DNA of 61,848 bases, the filler included, from Platydemus manokwari (Eukaryota), in NCBI GenBank assembly GCA_037951405.1. It is 6 parts of 6 records of this genome, joined end to end, with 100 filler letters (N's around TTAATTAATTAA, not from the genome) between each part and the next. Parts side by side here need not be neighbours in the genome. Positions count along the whole stretch, not along the records: positions 52,356 to 61,848 come from JBBMOY011241207.1; 5 more parts are not named here. One strand, 5' to 3'. Under the pieces are notes generated by a model that saw nothing but the letters and a program-made list of their open reading frames with translations, made no database searches and had not been told where the DNA came from. This document shows, in pieces, positions 56,713-61,848 of the stretch. Every line of letters begins with the position of its first letter. Position 1 is the first letter of the stretch. A program made the translations under genes and the position numbers.

Positions 56713-57279
56713 TCAGCTGATACCTTTTTCTATAATATTATTGGTAAAACTCATGTTGATTTTACTACAGCGATTATCATCATAATTGTGAATCAAATTC
56801 CTCACAGATTCCTGTCCGAATAATTCATAAATTGTTATTCTATCTTTGATAGTAGAAATATTAATAAAACCAAAACTCATATACATTTTCTCTAATCCGA
56901 ATATTGTCTTATCGAATGTCAGTCTCAAAAAGTTGATATTGTTTTTCAATGCTTCAGTTTTTAGATGATCCATCAATCTTCTACCCAATCCCTTGCCCCG
57001 AAGTTCTGGTAATACAAAGAAATCATCGATGTAATACCCATTGCCATCTAATATGGAATACTCTTCCAAATACAATATGTATCCTACAGCTGTCTTTTCA
57101 TCACCGCTTTCATTGAACAATATCAAACATTGAAAATCTCGTTCTTGAAATGATTTCAACATCATGTCCTCTTTCATCAGAAAGTATGGTGTCATACCAA
57201 TATGGCATTGGACTAATTTTTGAGTGAAGGAATAAATTGTTAAAATATCATTGTCAGTAGCTTTATAAATTTTAAACAT
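56713..57279 (-). CDS. Spermidine/spermine (diamine) N-acetyltransferase-like GNAT, 188 aa if terminated at the first UGA
   Basis: MFKIYKATDND, FQCLIL, VGYILY..YSILDGNGYYIDDFFVLPELRGKGLGRRLM (motif A; compare SSAT LYLEDFFV..RGFGIG), EKMYMSFGF. Confidence 0.85.
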   Translation of the reverse strand: MFKIYKATDNDILTIYSFTQKLVQCHIGMTPYFLMKEDMMLKSFQERDFQCLILFNESGDEKTAVGYILYLEEYSILDGNGYYIDDFFVLPELRGKGLGRRLMDHLKTEALKNNINFLRLTFDKTIFGLEKMYMSFGFINISTIKDRITIYELFGQESVRNLIHNYDDNRCSKINMSFTNNIIEKGIS

Positions 57280-60200
57280 GAAAATAGATATTTTAATAAT
57301 ATAATAAGTTTTTCAAACAAATTTTCATTTATTTAAAATATTTATTAGGAAAAAATTAATTGTTAAAATTATTTTAAAATTATTTTAAATTTATTTTATA
57401 ATTTATTAATAATATATATTTATTATCTTTAAATAATTTTTAATATTTTAAAAAATAATTTAAATTATTTTTATTTTTTAACTTTTAAAATTTTTAATTA
57501 AAATTTAAATAAATACTTGAATGTTGCATTCGATTTATGTGATTCACAAGTTGGATCTGGTCTTAAAATAGCTTCTGCGGTCAGAATATTGACAACATAT
57601 GCTTATTTTATTGTAATTTAATTTAATTAATTTAATTTAATTAACTTATCACTCTGAGTCATCTTGAATAATATCATCATGGATATATGATTCCGATTTT
57701 TATATTCTGATTTACAGATGGATAATATTGACGACAATAAGATAAGAAAGAAAATGTTTAACCTTTCATTGTGAAAATAACGGCCCAATAATTAAATTAA
57801 ATTGCAATGACTGCATTTGAATGAGTTAATTGATATCACGTAATATATTTACTCAACCAAGTTTTTCACTGAAATGAGGAGAGAAAATTTTATTATAATA
57901 GAATGATAGAATAGTTACTATGCGATAGACAATTAATTTGACGTTCTCAAGGTTGATAAATTGCTAGACAAAAGCCGCTACTAACGACGAGACTGCTGTG
58001 AATTCATAGTTTGAAGTTACCGAAAAGGTGTGTTAAAATATTTAACCTTAAGATTCTTTTACCAAATATAGCGCTTTAAGAGTGAAGATGTGATTTATGT
58101 ACTACGAATTTGTGGTTATTTATTTTAATCCCTCCATATTCATGGAAAAATCGTGTAAAATGAATTATATTTATGAATAAAGTTTAAGTTAACATGATTT
58201 CCAGTCATCTGATTAATGGAATCAATTCGGAATTTGAGATTTTCAAATAGTGGATTTATGCGAGAGCATGAAGCCTTCTAAAAAATAAATCATGTAGTAA
58301 TTTTGTAATCGATTACACGTAAATTGGCCTGATCATATATTGGTTTATGTTATCGATTTGGCCTATACCTTAAAAATTTATGTATATTAAAAGATCAAAA
58401 CCCAATACCATTAAGTAATAAGTTCATTGATGCAAAGAAAGCCACTCAGCGCTTTCTTAACCCAAAATAAATCACAATTCTCTCAAAATGGTTTCAAAGA
58501 GTCTTATTTACAATATAGTCTGTAATCATAATTTTGCTAATCTTTTATTCAATGAGCTATTTACCGTGATTCCAATTAGATTTATTGATTTATCGTGACC
58601 GATGTATCTACAGTTATATGGTCACCCAATTGAAATATTTGTAGTACATTGTTGATTAATTCATCTGTTTTCGTTCATATATGACATTGTGGGATTGCGT
58701 GAGTATGAAATATCAAAACATTAGTTCGACGGTAGCAAAAGTAGTTATTTCTATACTGATTTTTAAATGCAATGATTAAAAAATTTTGAAATATTATACT
58801 GTATAGAGTTACTTAGAGCTATCTGTTAGATATTTTAATCTGATTAGAAAAAATCGAAATCAAAAAATTCCAAATCAATATTTGTGAGTAAAAATGCATT
58901 AAATTTCCACGATTTAACAATTTTTCGATATGATTTAAAAAGCATCATTTAATATTAATATAAAGTCTTGACATTTCTCAACGAAGTCGGAGATAAGCTC
59001 GAATTTTCAAACTGCACAGGTTTTGTGGAACTTTTGTAATGCCAATTCGTATTGGCCAAATTAGTAAACACCAGATGAGAGTGGAATTATATATTTGATA
59101 TCGTATTTAGCCACCGGGGATTTCAGTTTCCAACTATTCCCAACGGATAATTTGGCTCGTATAATTCAAGCTGTTGTTGTGTTGTCAGTTTTTATATACA
59201 TATCTCTTGCTCGAAACAACTGAATCAAGTTCATCAGATAATGGTATCATAAATTATACTCTAAATGGTTTGATAAATATTTATTTGACCACAACGCTCT
59301 ACGTAGACATTGATAATAATTTATCACAATTTCCACCATTTGCAATCATTTTCATAATTAATACAATCATCATTCCGATGGATTTTGATCAAATATGAAA
59401 AACCAATTTAATTGAGTTTTTAATTCTTTCATTATATTTAATTAAATGTTAGAAAATATATTTTTTTAAATGAGGATTACTTGAAAGGCTTGTGAAGTTT
59501 ATTTTTATACTTTAATTAAGAAATGTAATTAAGATATACATTATAAAAACCAGAAAACGACTACTAAATTGTTTTTCTTCAAAGTTTATGTGGGATGTAC
59601 TTATGGAATTATTGAAGCGATTAAGTTTTATTAGGTACCACTTAATTAACGACCATTCGGGATTAATGGATNNNNNNNNNNATTTATTTAGATTCAAAAC
59701 CATTTAGATTGACAAAACTGTAGAATATTCTTTCCGAAAATCTTATTGATGATGAATATAGGATGGATATTTTAGATGAATTATCTTTACACATAAAACC
59801 GATATTTGATAAACCAATTCTCCATGATAATACATTCTAATAAACAATGATAAATATAAATTATTGCGAAGTATGGAAATTCTATTCATCAAATAGTATT
59901 AAAAGTTGGCATATTAAAAAGAAACTTTTGAAAAAGAATTTTAAAAAGTGTTAATCTTTATTTTTAGAAAATCAATAATATTTTACTTAAATCAAAATAT
60001 AAAATAAAATAGAATATTTTAGAACATTTGTTCAAAAGAATTACGCACTATTACGCACCAGTTAAATCTGGATTAGCTAATTCTTGCATAGCCGGTAATT
60101 CTTTTGATTATCATCATGATTATCTTTTATATTTTTAGCATTTACTTTATGTTTCGTTGCGATTGTCAGACGTACATTTTATTCGGTTTCGAGTATTTAC

Positions 60201-61848
60201 AAACCATATTAAGGGTACCAATAGTGTGATGATTGAAATATTGGTAACTCCAACTATATTGGTAATCCATCAATAAATAGGTTCGCAATCATATCTATTC
60301 ATCAGTGTCCGGTGAGACCTTGAATTATTAAAACTAAATTTTTAAAATCCGAAAGCAGTATCATTCAATCAATATCACCTTATCGAATTACTGGTTCGGA
60401 GTCACAAGATGCAAATGGGTATTTATTTTTATATTCAGCCGATTCCTAACATATATTATTATTATTATTATTTTATACGATTATGATTATTATTACTACT
60501 TTATATTATTATTATAACTCTTATTAATATTATCATTAAATGAGGAATATAATGTCAAACAATTTCAATGTCAAGAGATTTCAATATATTAAAATATCAA
60601 TTTTATATTTGGGGCAATATTTTAAACAAATCAATAAATTCCATTCCAAATCAATGGGAATCAAGTCTTTAACAAATATCGAAAATTTAATGCCTCCTAT
60701 TTTATTGAGGAAATTTTCGAAAATTTATTTTATGATTAACTTTAATTTTGTTTTTATCGTGAAAATTAAGGAAAGAATAGTTAAATAATCTTTATTCATT
60801 TTTTATGAATTATAAACATGATCTCACTATGTTCCTTTATTAATATTCGTATATATATATAGGTGTGTGATATAAAATTGCTTATAAAAGTAAAATGATT
60901 ATTATTATAAAATAATAATTATTATTTATCGATTATATTTAAACCTTCTGATCTTTTTTATTAAATTAGTTTGATGATCTTTTGCTAAAATATGGCAGGT
61001 TTAGAATATCACCATAACCCAATAAATATATACAGAGCTTTAAAGAAATAGGAATCTGTAATCAGTCTACAAAACGAATATATCAAAATCAAAGTGATCT
61101 CAGCAACTTCACGTTTAAATTAGATTTTGTTCCTTCCTTAATTTCTTTATATGATTTAAACGGAAACTTTTTAAACACATTAAATTAATCGTAAATACAA
61201 TTTATGGCTTACCGTTTTTTTTAAATTGAAGATATAATCAGAAATTAAAGTTATCATCAAAGTACAATAATTTTAGGATATCCGATCTAAATATAAATTA
61301 TTGTTCGTTATTCATGGTATTGTTTATCATGGTCTGCTTTATCCCAATGACATGAGACCATCGAATTCCATATTTCTACTTTTAAACATCATTCCAATCT
61401 GATTGGATCAATAATTATAATGTCACAAGAATAAACATTATCACGATTTCTTATTAAGAAAGAAAATATTTATATGGTAACAACAATATTGAAAAGCACT
61501 TAATTTTTTATAAAGCATTTTATTTATTAGAGAAGGCTTGTGCTAATTGTGTAAGATAAATAAATTAACCCAAAAGTTACAATCTAGATCAGTGATTCCC
61601 AAAGTGGGCACTGCTAGGATCCAGAGGGTTGGTGGTGAATACAAGCTCATGTAAGAAAATTATTAATAAAAATTTTGAGAGTCCAATGTTACAAAATTGG
61701 TAGCAGCAACACCAGGTTCATCCTTCTCATTAACATAATTTTGAGATTTTGAATTAAAATCTATTCTAAGCGCATTAAATATGTTCTTATTTTCAAAATC
61801 CATTGTTTCTACCTAATTTACATTTTTGTTAATATATCTAATGAAAAA

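Noticed and set aside
56713-56715. Genome-wide UGA reassignment (variant genetic code)
   Set aside because: AMPD, the GPCR, the NlpC/P60 gene and TCP11L end at TGA, and Trp/Cys use standard codons in the conserved genes.
57500-61848. Short ORFs and possible transposase remnants (58400-59400; hAT-like end at 61590)
   Set aside because: Too degraded to assign; no motif I can support.

Overview
Very AT-rich eukaryotic (animal) genomic DNA with short GT-AG introns (35-60 nt). The style suggests a free-living flatworm such as a planarian, but that is inference. The window is not one locus: about 10-kb contigs are joined by artificial 100-nt linkers (N44-TTAATTAATTAA-N44) at 9564, 20671, 32064, 41813 and 52256, so gene adjacency across linkers means nothing. 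Supported genes: 3' half of AMP deaminase, an isolated TMEM72-like membrane-protein exon, an NPY/RFamide-type GPCR exon, an intronless permuted NlpC/P60 (YiiX/C92-like) enzyme that looks non-animal, the 3' end of a cytosolic Hsp70, a TCP11-like gene, an atonal-superfamily bHLH, the AIRS-GART part of trifunctional GART, HSD17B10, and an SSAT-like GNAT. Many MITEs, LTR-like repeats and decayed transposons fill the gaps. The most striking observation is the SSAT-like acetyltransferase gene (57279-56407, minus strand). Its first domain ends at a UGA in the canonical readthrough context UGA-CUAG. That UGA aligns with a Cys of domain 1 and is followed in frame by 101 codons encoding a second, degenerate SSAT-like domain. 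This is a candidate programmed stop-codon-readthrough switch, possibly polyamine-responsive.
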